Positions 62,501-64,000 of a stretch of 64,000 nucleotides of DNA are shown here, one piece after another (positions within the stretch are counted from its first letter, which is position 1; each line of letters starts with the position of its first letter). The notes beneath the pieces were generated by a model, which was given only the letters and a program-made list of their open reading frames with translations, ran no database searches and had not been told where the DNA came from. The stretch is from Fistulifera solaris (taxonomy: Eukaryota): the NCBI GenBank assembly GCA_030295235.1, contig AP026127.1, positions 1,426,001-1,490,000 on the forward strand. The letters run 5' to 3'. Both the position numbers and the translations under genes were made by a program.

Positions 62501-62927
62501 GAGACAAGGTTCTTCTCTACTGTCTCTGCTTCAGTCTCAGTTTGATACTGATGCGCTTCAGTCACATTCCTTTCCGATTGCTCACTTCTTTCTGATGCGG
62601 CTTGAACTACCGATTTCAGAAAAGAGATCTTCGAACGGGTGATTTCCCAGGCGTACTCAAAGGACTTTTTATCGTCGTTCCCGACTGCACCGATCTCGGT
62701 GATCTCATTTCATTCGAAGCTGAAAACGACTGATCAGACACATTCTTCCAGTTGCTCTTGGGTGCCGTGAGTACGATTAATTCCTCTTCGTCGTCGTCGT
62801 TGTTGTCGACCATTTCTTGAGCAATCTCATTCTCCATTGCCTGAATTTGTTGCTGAAGCCTTTTCCGCTCGACTTCGGCTTCCAGGCGCGCTATTTCAGC
62901 TGCTAAGGAGTCGTTTAAGAGACTCAT
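59582..62927 (-). CDS. Large coiled-coil protein with RPAFLxGIAGAA repeats, CDCPYC and C-terminal CaaX; indels near 62620 and 60340
   Basis: Three consecutive ORFs (62616, 60298, 59582). The internal repeat KSPVRRS.F.(K/Q)SVV.AASE bridges the first junction. The protein ends GCACVIL*. Confidence 0.65.
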
Positions 62928-63452
62928 TTTCGAATAAAACAATCAATGAGCTACTCAGGTTTTATTGATGCTCACAAATAATGATGAAGAAGTCTTTCAA
63001 GTGTTGGATGAGTATTTTTAGCCGGCACGACGTTACGCGTCTTTCGAAAAGACCCAAGAGTTTTTCGTTGATGTCTTGTTTTGCTAAATGACTTTCCAAC
63101 CGGTACTAGATTCAAAGTCATTGCAGTCTTCAACGGAAAACTGGGGCCGATTGCTACTGATAAATTCGTCCGCGCCATGACTTGAACAACTTTCGAACCC
63201 TAAGTAAACGTGCCTGTATCGATCTTAGTGTAGAAGCAACGCATAATGGAAACCGCGAAAGGCCTCTACGAAAAATTTGACCAGCATCATTGACGAACAT
63301 GAAACATCATCATAACGAAGAATCATGAATCCTGGTGGTTGCGAGCTATGACTATCGATAGCTAACTACAAAGTAAAAACTATCTTTGAAGATGCATAAC
63401 CTTTATTAAGCTTTCCATAAAAAATAAAAAAGTTTGAAATTGTGATGCACAT

Positions 63453-64000
63453 TCAATATTGTTTCCTCGACGTCTTGCTCTTCTTTTTCTCCTTCCGTTT
63501 CTTTCGTGAGGGTGATCGATCACGTAAATTTCGATACCGTTTGTGTCGGCGTCTTCGTTCTTCGTCTGATGAAGTTGATGAGTAGGAGTCATCGCTTGAA
63601 CTTGAACTGGAGTTATCCTTTCGACGCTTTGCTCGTTTCATTGTTTTCTTTTGTGCTACAGAAGGATACTCTTTCACCTCTTTCGCCAAACCCAAACTAC
63701 TCGTTGTCGTTGTTGCGAAAGGATCCCAACCTGTTTTACTGCACTCCCTATCGCCTCGACTGTGTCCCCAAATCCCACAAGCTAAGCACCGCACGTTGCG
63801 AATCTGTGTCCCCAAAGGTTGAAATGTAACACCGACATCGGTGGCAGAGACACCTTTAGCTCGAGGTGCGTTCGCTAAAGCAGGAAATCGTTGTATTTGC
63901 TCATCAAAAGTAAGATTTTGATGCTTTTTCCGTCCCACCGATTGTTCGAGAGCACTTAGGACCGGCTTGGGTGCATCCGATCGATCCATGTTGCTGCCCT
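63453..64000 (-). CDS. CIR1 (CBF1-interacting corepressor)-like zinc-knuckle protein, 5'-partial
   Basis: RFPALANAP, FQPLGTQIRNVRCLACGIWGHSRGDREC and an S/K/R-rich tail. Confidence 0.75.
   Translation of the reverse strand, partial: GSNMDRSDAPKPVLSALEQSVGRKKHQNLTFDEQIQRFPALANAPRAKGVSATDVGVTFQPLGTQIRNVRCLACGIWGHSRGDRECSKTGWDPFATTTTSSLGLAKEVKEYPSVAQKKTMKRAKRRKDNSSSSSSDDSYSSTSSDEERRRRHKRYRNLRDRSPSRKKRKEKKKSKTSRKQY

Overview
This is gene-dense eukaryotic nuclear DNA with short GT-AG introns. The gene set is diatom-like (mitochondrial GSIII, 'AF'-type bipartite presequences, diatom-type hypothetical families). A raphid pennate close to Fistulifera is my inference from memory and is unverified. 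Recognisable genes: glutamine synthetase III, SpoU rRNA methyltransferase, histidine phosphatase, SNF5-domain protein, SGNH-like membrane protein, two convergent TMEM87/GOST-like paralogues, a DsbA/FrnE-like oxidoreductase, peptide:N-glycanase, a Methyltransf_16 enzyme, cytoplasmic dynein intermediate chain, SCOT, GDP-mannose 4,6-dehydratase, TRAPPC2L and partial CIR1. Many CDSs are split by single-base indels in homopolymers, most likely assembly error. Highlights: (1) the DsbA/FrnE gene has an in-frame TGA at its catalytic Cys (U-P-F-C) and a candidate SECIS, so it is probably a selenoprotein that the ORF track truncates; (2) once repaired, the PNGase reads as a transglutaminase + GG/ILEI-like + WCGPC thioredoxin + PUB-like fusion; (3) a modular, palindrome-rich non-coding repeat system (34-bp minisatellite, ~221-bp unit, ~211-bp hairpin satellite with higher-order structure) occurs at six loci, each just upstream of a gene start; (4) a tandem cluster of a lineage-expanded LRR/RNI-like family (25-38 kb) includes a chimeric copy and is flanked by a 675-bp TA-flanked MITE.
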